From assembly GCA_964430475.1 (NCBI GenBank), contig CAYSEQ010000004.1:986-64985 (forward strand): a stretch of 64,000 nt of DNA. Direction: 5' to 3'. The notes beneath the pieces are model-generated. The model searched no databases, had not been told where the DNA came from, and worked only from the letters and a program-made list of their open reading frames with translations. A program made the position numbers and the translations under genes. This DNA comes from an uncultured Gammaproteobacteria bacterium. Its GTDB lineage: Bacteria; Patescibacteriota; Microgenomatia; UBA8517. Positions 40,148-49,401 of the stretch are shown one piece after another. Within the stretch, counting starts at the first letter, position 1; every line of letters starts with the position of its first letter.

Positions 40148-40270
40148 TATGGAGTTTTTAAGGAAAATAGCAAGGTTGTTTGCTGAATACTTTGTTTTTA
40201 GTGTTGGATTTTTGTTCGTCTTTTTTGTGGGATTTTTGTATGCAATGTTCAGACCGGAAGGGTTTTCCTG
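40148..40270 (+). CDS. Small hydrophobic peptide (40 aa), candidate
   Basis: MEFLRKIARLFAEYFVFSVGFLFVFFVGFLYAMFRPEGFS; same intergenic region as the previous peptide. Confidence 0.3.
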
Positions 40271-40396
40271 AACTTAGTATTTTTTGTGATAGTAGTTGGA
40301 TGGATAATTTTTCTAATTAGATATTTTTGGGATCTTTTAGAGAAGAAAAAAAGACTTCCTTGAGGATATTGATAGTTGATAGTGTAGAATACTCTT

Positions 40397-40840
40397 ATGA
40401 GGCTGGTTGTACAAAGAGTAAAATCAGGAGAAGTAATTTTGAAAAAAGATAGTAATGTTATTGGCAAAATTACAAATGGCCTTCTTGTCCTTGTTGGCAT
40501 AAAAGAGGATGATGACGAGGAGAACGTGGTAAGACTGGCGGAAAAAATCATGAAATTACGAATTTTTTCAGATGAAAATGGAAAAATGAATTTGTCAATT
40601 AAGGAGGTAGCTGGGAGTTTGTTGATAGTTTCCCAATTTACTTTGTATGCTGACACGAGTGGGGGAAATAGACCGTCCTTCATTAAAGCAGCAAAACCCG
40701 AAAAAGCAAAGAAGATTTATGACTTTTTTATAGAGTACTTAAAAAAAAGTGGAGTGAAAGTTGAAACAGGAAGATTTGGAGAATACATGTTGATAAAAAC
40801 TACCCTGGATGGTCCTGTAACGATAATTCTTGAAGGGTAA
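40397..40840 (+). CDS. dtd: D-aminoacyl-tRNA deacylase
   Basis: MRLVVQRV..., SQFTLY and GPVT motifs; 147 aa. Confidence 0.85.
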   Translation: MRLVVQRVKSGEVILKKDSNVIGKITNGLLVLVGIKEDDDEENVVRLAEKIMKLRIFSDENGKMNLSIKEVAGSLLIVSQFTLYADTSGGNRPSFIKAAKPEKAKKIYDFFIEYLKKSGVKVETGRFGEYMLIKTTLDGPVTIILEG

Positions 40841-40873
40841 GATTTACTTTAGACAAATAAAGTAGTGTAAAAA

Positions 40874-41455
40874 ATGTTGAAACTTTCATTACTACTTTTG
40901 TGTTTACTGTCTTTAATCGCAACATATCTTTTGGGATTTAAACAAGGGTATGAAATTGCTAAGATTGAAATAGAAAGTAAGCTGGCAGATACTTTAAATA
41001 AGAGTTTAGAAAAGATAACTACTCCAACGCCTGTTCCTACTCCACTTCCGACATCACCAACGAAAGAAAATGTGAAGAGAGTTACCTGGGGAGGGCCGGA
41101 TCTTTGGAAGGTAGTAAATCAAAAAAGAGTAGAGTATGGAGTAAACCCTTTAATCCAGAAGGACGAACTTTGCACAATTGCCTCTATTAGATTGAATGAA
41201 CTTTTGGAGCTTGGTAAACTGGATGGTCATGAAGGATTTGCTAATCTTAAGCAAAAAAGACCGGATCTGTCTTGGATATTTGAAAGGTATTCAACAATTG
41301 CTGAATTTCTAGCTATGGGTGGTAAGACACCCGAGGAAACAGTTTCTCTTTGGGAAAATACCTTGGCGCACAAAAAACTTTTAAGCGGTGGCGAGTATGT
41401 CTGGGGTTGCATTTATGCCCAGAACACCTTTGCTGTTGCCATTGCTGCTTTTTAG
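40874..41455 (+). CDS. Secreted hypothetical protein with short Pro/Thr linker (possible CAP/SCP-like domain)
   Basis: Signal peptide; TPTPVPTPLPTSPT linker; C-terminal GGEYVWGCIYAQN. Confidence 0.4.
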   Translation: MLKLSLLLLCLLSLIATYLLGFKQGYEIAKIEIESKLADTLNKSLEKITTPTPVPTPLPTSPTKENVKRVTWGGPDLWKVVNQKRVEYGVNPLIQKDELCTIASIRLNELLELGKLDGHEGFANLKQKRPDLSWIFERYSTIAEFLAMGGKTPEETVSLWENTLAHKKLLSGGEYVWGCIYAQNTFAVAIAAF

Positions 41456-41557
41456 GCGATTGTCAATCAATAAATTTTTATCTAATAAGAAGTAATTTTT
41501 AAAAAGTTTAAAAAACCTTTTGTTGATATAAAAATCTTTAGACCTTTTTGATATAAA

Positions 41558-42238
41558 ATGTTTCCCTTAAGAGATGTCGTTAGGACAAAAAAATTTCCTT
41601 TAGCTACATTTTTGATTCTTGGCTTGAATGTCTATGTCTTTTTTTTGGAATTGGCATTGCCTGATCCTGAGGCTTTCATTGAAAAGTACAGTTTAATTCC
41701 AGCTAGGGTGGATTTTAACAATATAACCTCATTACTGGCGTTTGTCACAAGTCAATTTTTACACGCTGGATTTTTGCATATTGTTTCAAATATGTGGTTT
41801 TTGAAAATATTCGGTGATAATGTAGAGGAGAAATTCGGAAGTTTATTCTATCTTTTTGTATATTTGCTTTCTGGCGTGGTTGGAGGGTTTGTTCAATACC
41901 TTTTTGTTTCAGATTCTAGCATTCCGATGATGGGTGCATCTGCTTCAGTGGCTGGAATTTTGGGTGCATATTTTGTCTTTTTCCCACACCATTTTATTGA
42001 GACTTTGGTTCCTGTTGGTTTTTTTATGACTACTATCAGGATACCTGCATCGGTGATGCTGGGTTATTGGTTTTTGATACAGATTTTTTCAGGGTTTGGT
42101 TCAATTGTGGTAGCTCAGGTAGGAGGAGTTGCATGGTGGGCCCACGTTGGAGGGTTTGCAACAGGTTGGATAATAGCGAGGTTTTATAAGGATTTTTACG
42201 AAGGTAAAGAAAAAGATAGAGAGATTTGGGATATTTGA
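41558..42238 (+). CDS. Rhomboid family intramembrane serine protease
   Basis: GASASVAGILGAYF (GxSG) and AHVGGFATG catalytic His helix. Confidence 0.75.
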   Translation: MFPLRDVVRTKKFPLATFLILGLNVYVFFLELALPDPEAFIEKYSLIPARVDFNNITSLLAFVTSQFLHAGFLHIVSNMWFLKIFGDNVEEKFGSLFYLFVYLLSGVVGGFVQYLFVSDSSIPMMGASASVAGILGAYFVFFPHHFIETLVPVGFFMTTIRIPASVMLGYWFLIQIFSGFGSIVVAQVGGVAWWAHVGGFATGWIIARFYKDFYEGKEKDREIWDI

Positions 42239-42258
42239 ATTTAAATTTCTGCTTTTTT

Positions 42259-42879
42259 CTAAATGAGTTTATGTTTTTTTAAAAAAATTGCTAGTTTCTT
42301 TTTGCTTGGGAATTGTCGACCAATGGCAACGAAGAGTTTGTTTATCTCGTGCCAATATTTTTTAGGCAATATTTTCGAAAGTTCTTCTTCAGTTTGTTGA
42401 GGTGTTTTAGTTTTTACTAATCCTAACATATTTGAAATTCTGTGGACATGAGTGTCAACAGCGATTGTATTTTTGCCAAAGGCTCTACTTAAGACTAGGT
42501 TCGCAGTTTTTCTACCCACTCCTGGCAGGCTCATAAGTGAAGCTCTGGAATCTGGTATTTTACCTTTATGTTTTTCAACGATAATTCTAGAAAGTTTTTT
42601 AAGATAGATAGCTTTCTTTTTATAAAATCCTACAGGATAGATTAAATCTTGTATTTCTGACTGGCTCAATTGATTCAATTTTTTGATATCTGAAGCTTTG
42701 GAAAATAGTTTTTCGCAGGCAGAGTATGTTACCTCATCTTTTGTTCTTGATGAAAGTAAAGTTGCAATAAGGATTTTGTAGGGATTGCCACGATAAACTT
42801 CTAGGGGTTGTTTTTTATAATTTTTTCTGAATATTGAAATGACCCTGTCAATTTTTTTAATTGGGTTTGAAGTAGTCAT
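42259..42879 (-). CDS. nth: HhH-GPD base-excision glycosylase (endonuclease III-like) lacking C-terminal Fe-S Cys cluster
   Basis: LPGVGRKTANLVLS helix-hairpin-helix with catalytic Lys; VDTHVHRI Asp; no C-x6-C-x2-C-x5-C. Confidence 0.65.
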   Translation of the reverse strand: MTTSNPIKKIDRVISIFRKNYKKQPLEVYRGNPYKILIATLLSSRTKDEVTYSACEKLFSKASDIKKLNQLSQSEIQDLIYPVGFYKKKAIYLKKLSRIIVEKHKGKIPDSRASLMSLPGVGRKTANLVLSRAFGKNTIAVDTHVHRISNMLGLVKTKTPQQTEEELSKILPKKYWHEINKLFVAIGRQFPSKKKLAIFLKKHKLI

Positions 42880-42895
42880 CGTACTCTAAAATCCA

Positions 42896-42932
42896 CAAGA
42901 GAACCGCCTTTAACCACGGCTCTCTTGTGAAG
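42896..42932 (-). terminator. Hairpin (13-bp stem with one G-U) between nth start and the zinc-ribbon ORF 3' end
   Basis: cacaagagaaccg..cggctctcttgtg inverted repeat; weak U-tract on the minus strand. Confidence 0.3.
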
Positions 42933-42952
42933 TACTAGCTTGAAGAGGGTAA

Positions 42953-43090
42953 TTAAGCGTTTCCTACGATTTTAAACATTTTTGTGCCACAAACCTCACA
43001 GACTGCTCTCATTGCTTTTTTTCCATTTTTCATTGTTACTTCCTCTTTGTTTTTACCCTCTCTTTTCGCTCTGCACCTTACACAATACAT
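42953..43090 (-). CDS. Candidate 45-aa zinc-ribbon mini-protein
   Basis: MYCVRCRAKREGKNKEEVTMKNGKKAMRAVCEVCGTKMFKIVGNA has two CxxC pairs; below the ORF-track length cutoff. Confidence 0.35.
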   Translation of the reverse strand: MYCVRCRAKREGKNKEEVTMKNGKKAMRAVCEVCGTKMFKIVGNA

Positions 43091-43193
43091 AGTTCTAAAT
43101 CACCCCCCTTCGTGCTTAGAAGCTCTTGGATTTATTTATCCTTTAAAGAATCTCAAGGGGCAGGAGCTTCTAGCTTGAATTTCCAGATTCCTT

Positions 43194-43508
43194 TCAAAAT
43201 GGGAACCTTGCGTTCCAAAGAAAGTATATCACTAATTCTGAAGCTAAAATCAAGCCGGTTAGAAATAAGCTTTTCTTAATGTCTTTTTTAATCAAGGCTA
43301 GATTTTCAATTTGTCCCGAATAATCGGTTCTTTTTATCAAATAATTATTGGGTTTTTGTACATAATTCGTGTTATCTATTTGCCTCTTGACATTAATCTC
43401 AGAAGATGTTTTTTTAGCCTCAGTTGTTAAGGTGTATTGAGGTTCCCACCTGAGCAAAAATTCATGCCTTGCCTGCTCTTTTTGTTTGCGTGTACGTCTT
43501 TTTGACAT
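43194..43508 (-). CDS. Hypothetical protein with basic N-terminus and C-terminal TM
   Basis: MSKRRTRKQKEQARHEF...; C-terminal LFLTGLILASELVIYFLW. Confidence 0.45.
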   Translation of the reverse strand: MSKRRTRKQKEQARHEFLLRWEPQYTLTTEAKKTSSEINVKRQIDNTNYVQKPNNYLIKRTDYSGQIENLALIKKDIKKSLFLTGLILASELVIYFLWNARFPF

Positions 43509-43520
43509 AGATTTTTAGTT

Positions 43521-43549
43521 ATTATAAAGCTTAATTTTTTCTGTTGAAA
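43521..43549 (-). promoter_or_regulatory. Sigma70-like promoter (-35 TTTCAA, 17-nt spacer, -10 TATAAT) for the 43508 gene; near-leaderless
   Basis: Minus-strand reading: tttcaacagaaaaaattaagctttataat, with the -10 about 12 nt upstream of the ATG. Confidence 0.4.
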
Positions 43550-44791
43550 GTAAATGGTGTTTTCTTTCAATACTTGCGAGATGTTTACTTTAATTTCCGA
43601 CAGTCCATATTATTTTAAAATTTCATCAGGGGTTTTGGGATTATAGGTAAGATGAGCTCTGATGAGCTCTTTTAGTAATTAGTAATAGGAATCCACAGAT
43701 CATTTACACGGCGGCGGAATCCATTGACTTTCTGAAGGTGTTCTAGACAATCCTAGGACTAATGAAATTTTGTTGGGTAATGAAAATGAGACAAAAGGAC
43801 TTTTCGTAAAGCTGTGGGAAAAACAGGTGAAATTATTAATTCTCTAGAGGAAAGAAATGATATTTCCATTCTTATATTGAGGAATGATCAAAACCTTTCT
43901 TATGAAGGAGGTGTTGTCAAAAAGCTTTATCTAGGTAGTGTTTCTGCGCTTGGTGTTTTTACACAAGGAGGGCTATAACAAAAAAGAATTTTAATAATTT
44001 CAGCGAGGCTTTATCTTATCTTTTTAATTCTACACGCTTTGATTTTGATTATCATCGCTTGACAACTCTGTCTGCATGTGCTCTAGTTGCTTGTTTTTTT
44101 GATTCAAGAGTATGAAATAAATTTAGTTTGATACTTATGTCTGCTAAGGGTTTATTGACTGCTTTTTGGTATTCTCCTTGAGCCATCTAAAGAGCGGTCA
44201 GAAAATCTTTAAGAAAGTAAATGAGTGATAAATCCTAGACTTGTTTTATACCGAGTTTTGTAATAAATGATCTAAAGGATATCTTAAAGGGGGGTTTAAT
44301 GCCCCCAATCCAAAAGGAAGGGGGTTTGTCGGAGAATCTAATTTTCCTTTTCCACGGTCTTTCTTTTGGGATTTGAGGTGGTTTTGATTAGATAGGGAAT
44401 TTTGCCTCTGAATTCGGAGGGATTCCAGTATGCGGAAGGATAATACTTGATAACCTTCTAGTTGAAAGAGTCAAACATCATGGTGTCAAAAGAATCCTTG
44501 ATAATAATGATGAAGGCGAACTTCGCTCTATAGGGACTTGGTATTTTCTTTCCCTTGATGACAGATGCACGGCGAATTTGTTATTAATCCTCGTTTTTTG
44601 AAATTATATTGGATTCTTGAGATGGAATGAGCAACATCAAGCCAGTCTTAGAAGACTATGTCTTTTCCTCAGTCGAACCCCGCTCTCTTTAAGGAAAAGT
44701 ATTCTCGCAAACATTTTCTTTTTCTCACCTACCTATATCTTTTAAACTCCATCCTAAACGTCTTGCAGAAATACTGTCAGTAAAGAACTTG

Positions 44792-44820
44792 TTGACAGCA
44801 TGGCTCTAAAATGCTAAAAA
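44792..44820 (+). promoter_or_regulatory. Candidate promoter (-35 TTGACA, 17 nt, -10 TAAAAA) for the DUF4446 gene
   Basis: ttgacagcatggctctaaaatgctaaaaa lies about 45 nt upstream of the ATG at 44866. Confidence 0.35.
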
Positions 44821-44865
44821 TTGTTGAGTTAATTCTTTACTCAAATAGGTGTTTGTGGAAGGGGA

Positions 44866-45321
44866 ATGGAATACCGTTATTTAATTATATTCGGGTTTAT
44901 TTGGTTATTAGGACTTACTATCTTTTTAGGTCGTATTTTTTTTTATTTCAGGAACTTTCTAGGAAAGTCGGATAAGGGTACATTAGAAAGACTTCTTGAT
45001 AAAGTACTAAGTCAAGAAGAAAAAAACTCTATCAGTATAGACAGGATAAATAGGCAGATTCAGGAGCTAAAAAAAGAGGGCGAATTGCATATACAGAAGA
45101 TTGGTCTAGTCAGATTTAATCCCTTTAGAGAAATGGGGGGCGAGCATAGTTTTTCGCTGGCACTTTTGGATGGTAAGGGTACAGGGATTATAATAACGAG
45201 TTTGCATGGCAGAGAAAGAACTCGAGTTTATTTAAAAAATATTAAGGAAGGTAAAAGCTTATTAGATCTTTCGGAAGAGGAAGAAAGAGCCTTGAGGATT
45301 GCTCAGAAATTGAACAAATGA
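44866..45321 (+). CDS. DUF4446-like small membrane-anchored protein
   Basis: N-terminal TM, then GLVRFNPFREMGGEHSFSLALLDGKGTGIIITSLHGRERTRVY block. Confidence 0.5.
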   Translation: MEYRYLIIFGFIWLLGLTIFLGRIFFYFRNFLGKSDKGTLERLLDKVLSQEEKNSISIDRINRQIQELKKEGELHIQKIGLVRFNPFREMGGEHSFSLALLDGKGTGIIITSLHGRERTRVYLKNIKEGKSLLDLSEEEERALRIAQKLNK

Positions 45322-46535
45322 TGCTATCAAAATTTTTATCAAGTAACAAACTAATGTATTTTGCCGGTTTTTTGGGTATATATCTTTTCGCAACAGGTAT
45401 ATCGTGGGGATTTTTTTCTTATATAAAAGATGAACCAAAGGTTGTAGAAACTTCTGTTGGAAAATCTAGAATCGATCCAAATCTACCCAAAACTGAAGAA
45501 TGTCCTATAAATGGAAAAATGTATTCCAAACCCGAGAGAGGGATTTGGGAAGAAAGACGTCCCTTAGCTGCAATAATAGAAAACCATTTGGATTCAAGAC
45601 CTGCGTCGGGTTTGTCGTACGCAGATGTGGTTTATGAGGCAGTAGCAGAAGGAGGAATAACCAGATTTCTTGCGATTTTTTACTGTGGAGCTTCAGCGCA
45701 GGATGTGAAGATTGCGCCGATAAGAAGTGCCCGGGTCTATTTTATCGATTGGGCAGCAGAGTATGGAGAAAATCCTCTCTTCCTGCATTCGGGCGGGGCG
45801 AACAATATTTGTAAAGATTGTCCCGGGGGCGTCAAACCTAGGGGTGAAGTTGCAAAAGAAGTTGATGCACTTAAAGTGCTTCAAACTTTGGGTTGGAGAG
45901 CTTCCAAAGGAAATGCCTTGGATGCAGGTACCAATCTTGGGACTCCTGAGGTAGTACGAAATCAATACAGGTTAGGTACCAAATCAGCCTGGGAACATTC
46001 TTATGAGGGGTTTACGGATAAAATTTTTGAGGAAGGCAGGGAAAGAGGTTTTGGATATAAAGATTCAAGTGGAAATCCCTGGGAGATGAATTTTGAGAAG
46101 TGGAAGTTTAAAGATGGAAGTCCGGGAGGATCTTCGCCGGTGACCAATATCTCTTTTCAGTTTTGGAGCAATAAGCCAGATTATGATGTGGAGTGGAAGT
46201 ATGATGCCCAGACAAATTCTTATATGAGATTTAATGGCGGAAAAGAGCATATAGATTGGGAAACCAAAAAGATCCTTACTACTAAGAATGTAGTAATTCA
46301 GTTTGTTCGTGAAAGAGGTCCAGTTGACAAAGAGGGACATATGTTTTATACAACATTAGGATCAGGGGATGCGCTTGTTTTTCAAGACGGGAATGTGATA
46401 GAGGCAAGGTGGACTAAGAACGACCAATTTGATAGAACCAAGTTTTACAATAAAAAAGATAATTCTGAAATAAAATTCGTAAGGGGTGAGATTTGGATAG
46501 AAGCTGTCCCGAGCGGAACTAAAGTTAATTATTAA
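45318..46535 (+). CDS. DUF3048 (YerB-like) secreted protein
   Basis: RPLAAIIENHLDSRPASGLSYADVVYEAVAEGGITRFLAIFY N-domain signature; ATGA start/stop overlap with the upstream gene. Confidence 0.55.
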   Translation: MMLSKFLSSNKLMYFAGFLGIYLFATGISWGFFSYIKDEPKVVETSVGKSRIDPNLPKTEECPINGKMYSKPERGIWEERRPLAAIIENHLDSRPASGLSYADVVYEAVAEGGITRFLAIFYCGASAQDVKIAPIRSARVYFIDWAAEYGENPLFLHSGGANNICKDCPGGVKPRGEVAKEVDALKVLQTLGWRASKGNALDAGTNLGTPEVVRNQYRLGTKSAWEHSYEGFTDKIFEEGRERGFGYKDSSGNPWEMNFEKWKFKDGSPGGSSPVTNISFQFWSNKPDYDVEWKYDAQTNSYMRFNGGKEHIDWETKKILTTKNVVIQFVRERGPVDKEGHMFYTTLGSGDALVFQDGNVIEARWTKNDQFDRTKFYNKKDNSEIKFVRGEIWIEAVPSGTKVNY

Positions 46536-46562
46536 AAATTTCTCGTTTCCTGCCTTCAATAC

Positions 46563-47147
46563 ATGGCAGAACTTTCAGATATCATCACTTCTAAAGTAAG
46601 AGTAAAAATTTTGGAGCTTTTTCTATCCAATATCAAAGAGATGTACCATGTCCGGGGAGTTGTAAGAGAAATAAAAGAAGAAATAAATGCAGTAAGAAGG
46701 GAACTCTTGAGACTGGAGACTGCTGGGATTTTAAGATATGAAGATCGTGGGAATAGACGGTATTATTGGATTAGACAGGATTATCCTTTTTTTGGTGATC
46801 TTTTATCTTTAGTTGCAAAAACTAAAGGCTTAGGAAAAGAAATTATTGAGAATAGAAACAAGATTGGAAAAATTCAATTTGTGATGTTTTCAGGACGTTT
46901 CGTGAGAAGAAAAGAAAGAAAGAAAGAAGACGAGATAGATATTCTTGTCGTAGGCGAGGTAGCGCTTCAGGAACTTGCCTCTTTAATAAGAAAGGAGGAG
47001 TCGATTAGGGGAAAGGAAATTAACTATACAGTGATGAGTAAAGAAGAATTTGATTTTCGTAAAAAACGTCGTGATCCCTTTCTACAAGGTATTCTTATGG
47101 GAAGTAGGGTGATGATCATAGGCGATGAAGAGGAACTCGTTGGTTAA
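46563..47147 (+). CDS. Putative winged-helix transcriptional regulator with C-terminal domain of unknown function
   Basis: VRVKILELFLSNIKEMYHVRGVVREIKEEINAVRRELLRLETAGIL HTH-like N-terminus. Confidence 0.4.
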   Translation: MAELSDIITSKVRVKILELFLSNIKEMYHVRGVVREIKEEINAVRRELLRLETAGILRYEDRGNRRYYWIRQDYPFFGDLLSLVAKTKGLGKEIIENRNKIGKIQFVMFSGRFVRRKERKKEDEIDILVVGEVALQELASLIRKEESIRGKEINYTVMSKEEFDFRKKRRDPFLQGILMGSRVMIIGDEEELVG

Positions 47148-47169
47148 GTTTAAATTTACAAAATAAGGT

Positions 47170-48489
47170 ATGACTCCTCATAAAAAGCTAATCTTGATTT
47201 TTCTCATCACATTACTTGCTGGATATATCTCTTTGCCAAAGGAATTTACCATACTCGGTAAAAAGTTTGTCAGGCAAGATATTGACATTTCTTTTGGTGG
47301 TTTTACTTTGCAAAAGAAATTTGATCTTAAACTCGGGCTTGATTTAGCAGGCGGATCGCATCTTGTTTTTGAAGCTGATCTTTCAAAAATTCCTCAAGAA
47401 AGGAAAAAAGAGGTGATGGAGGGTTTAAAAAATGTCATAGAAAGAAGAGTGAACTTGTATGGTATATCAGAGCCAAATGTGCAGACCTCAACCTTTGAAA
47501 ATAAGGAAAGGGTGGTAGTTGAACTTCCTGGTGTAAAAGATACTCAAGAGGCAATTGAACTGATAGGTCAAACTGCCCAATTAGTTTTTGCGGAAATTGT
47601 CGAGGTTAAAGATGAAAAAGAAGCAACTCCTTCTGCCTCTTTGGTGCCGACAGATTTAACCGGGGCAGATTTGAAAGGGGCGGATGTGATTTTTGATAGA
47701 CAGACTGGTAAGCCTGTTGTCAGTCTGCAATTCACAAAAGAGGGTGGTGAGAAATTCGCAAAAATAACTGAAAGAAACATTGGTAAGCCCTTACCTATTT
47801 TTTTGGATCAAGTTCAGATTTCTTCACCAATCGTGAAGGAAAAGATTGTCGGAGGATCTGCGGTGATAAGTGGAGACTTTAGTCTAAAGGAGGCTAAAAA
47901 TTTAAGTATCCAACTTAATGCCGGTGCCTTGCCCGTTGGTGTAACTTTAGTTGAGCAAAGAACAGTGGGTGCTACCTTGGGTGCAGAGTCAGTAGAAAAG
48001 AGCGTGTTTGCTGGTATCGTTGGGCTTATCATGGTTTTAATTTTCATGATATTGTCTTACGGAAAGCTTGGAATTGTTGCAGACATTGCCTTAATCATTT
48101 TTAGTATTTTAACATTGGCAATTTACAAACTTATCCCTGTTGTTCTTACACTTCCAGGAATCACAGGGTTTTTGTTATCAGTTGGTATGGCTGTTGATTC
48201 AAATATTTTGATTTTTGAAAGGTTCAAAGAAGAACGTTTAAAAAAAGACTTTTCAACTGCCTTGGAGATTGCATTTGGGAGGGCTTGGGATTCAATAAGG
48301 GACGCAAACATAGCTACTTTAGTTACTGCTTTTGTTTTGGCAAACCCCTTGGATCTACCCTTTTTGCATGTATCGGGACCAGTTAGAGGTTTTGCCATAA
48401 CCTTATCTTTGGGGATCGCAATAAGTCTTTTTACAGGGATAGTAGTTTCAAGAAATTTATTGAGGGTGTTGATAAAAAAAGACACTTAA
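47170..48489 (+). CDS. secD: Protein translocase subunit SecD
   Basis: GLDLAGGSHLVFEAD periplasmic domain start; 6-TM C-terminal region; followed by secF. Confidence 0.8.
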   Translation: MTPHKKLILIFLITLLAGYISLPKEFTILGKKFVRQDIDISFGGFTLQKKFDLKLGLDLAGGSHLVFEADLSKIPQERKKEVMEGLKNVIERRVNLYGISEPNVQTSTFENKERVVVELPGVKDTQEAIELIGQTAQLVFAEIVEVKDEKEATPSASLVPTDLTGADLKGADVIFDRQTGKPVVSLQFTKEGGEKFAKITERNIGKPLPIFLDQVQISSPIVKEKIVGGSAVISGDFSLKEAKNLSIQLNAGALPVGVTLVEQRTVGATLGAESVEKSVFAGIVGLIMVLIFMILSYGKLGIVADIALIIFSILTLAIYKLIPVVLTLPGITGFLLSVGMAVDSNILIFERFKEERLKKDFSTALEIAFGRAWDSIRDANIATLVTAFVLANPLDLPFLHVSGPVRGFAITLSLGIAISLFTGIVVSRNLLRVLIKKDT

Positions 48490-48525
48490 AATTAGAAGGC
48501 GTGTCTTAAAGATTAATTATAGTTT

Positions 48526-49401
48526 ATGGATTGGATGCGTTATAGAAAATTATATTTTTTGATTTCCCTGTTTCTAATAGCTTCGGGGGTATTTAGTCTG
48601 TACTTATGGGGTTTGAGACTCGGCGTAGATTTTACAGGTGGAACAGTTGCTGTATTTAGGCTTGAAGAAATTAGTACCGAAGAAGCGTCTGATAAACTTA
48701 AAAGTGCAGGAATACAGGTTTCTTCGATACAAAAGACAAACGACTCGGAGTATATTTTTCGATTACCACCTTTAACAACAGACCAAAAGAGTTTATTAAC
48801 AAAAACCTTGCAAGAAATAAACCCTCAGGCAAAAGTTGAAGAACTTCGCTTTGAAAGCGTTGGGCCATCTATTGGTCCGGAACTGGTCAGGAAGACCTTT
48901 TACGCGATAATAATTGCTTCCTTGGGAATTTTAACTTGGGTGGCGTTGCAGTTTAAGAGCTTTAAGTTTGGTGTATCAGCAGTTTTGGCAATGCTTCATG
49001 ATACATTTAATTTGGTTGGCCTTTTTTCACTTTTAGGACATTTTTTTGCTGCGGAGGTTGATTTTCTTTTTGTAACGGCTCTTCTAACTACACTTTCCTT
49101 TTCCGTTCACGATACGATCGTCGTTTACGATAGAATTCGCGAATCACAGTCTAGATTTGGAGGATCTATTTACGATTTGGCAAATAAGGCAGTAACTGAA
49201 ACTATGGTTCGTTCGTTGAATAATTCCTTTACAATCATTTTTATGATAGTCGCTTTGATACTTCTGGGCGGTTCAACGATTAAGTGGTTTGCTACCGCCC
49301 TTTTGTTAGGAACTGTTTTGGGTACGTATTCTTCTCCCTTTGTTGCAGTACCCATTCTGGTTACTTGGGACGAGATTTCAAAAAAGTTTATCAGAAAATG
49401 A
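48526..49401 (+). CDS. secF: Protein translocase subunit SecF
   Basis: GVDFTGGTVAVFRLEE and a 6-TM SecDF-family C-terminus. Confidence 0.8.
   Translation: MDWMRYRKLYFLISLFLIASGVFSLYLWGLRLGVDFTGGTVAVFRLEEISTEEASDKLKSAGIQVSSIQKTNDSEYIFRLPPLTTDQKSLLTKTLQEINPQAKVEELRFESVGPSIGPELVRKTFYAIIIASLGILTWVALQFKSFKFGVSAVLAMLHDTFNLVGLFSLLGHFFAAEVDFLFVTALLTTLSFSVHDTIVVYDRIRESQSRFGGSIYDLANKAVTETMVRSLNNSFTIIFMIVALILLGGSTIKWFATALLLGTVLGTYSSPFVAVPILVTWDEISKKFIRK

Noticed and set aside
40249-40683. 144-aa minus-strand ORF
   Set aside because: Overlaps the well-supported dtd gene (SQFTL, GPVT motifs) on the opposite strand, and its composition is odd (Ser/Phe-rich).
42984-43178. 64-aa plus-strand ORF
   Set aside because: No features. 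The opposite strand encodes a zinc-ribbon mini-protein with an RBS-free but structurally sensible frame.
43651-43672. Hammerhead-ribozyme-like CUGAUGAG core
   Set aside because: The CUGAUGA is part of a perfect GAGCTC-tgat-GAGCTC palindrome with no GAAA or stem III. It is more simply explained as a hairpin terminator.
44288-44320. GGGGG-gtttaatg-CCCCC hairpin resembling a tRNA/tmRNA T-arm
   Set aside because: The loop is 8 nt and lacks the TTCRA consensus. No acceptor, D or anticodon arms can be built around it, and no CCA-proximal acceptor strand is present.
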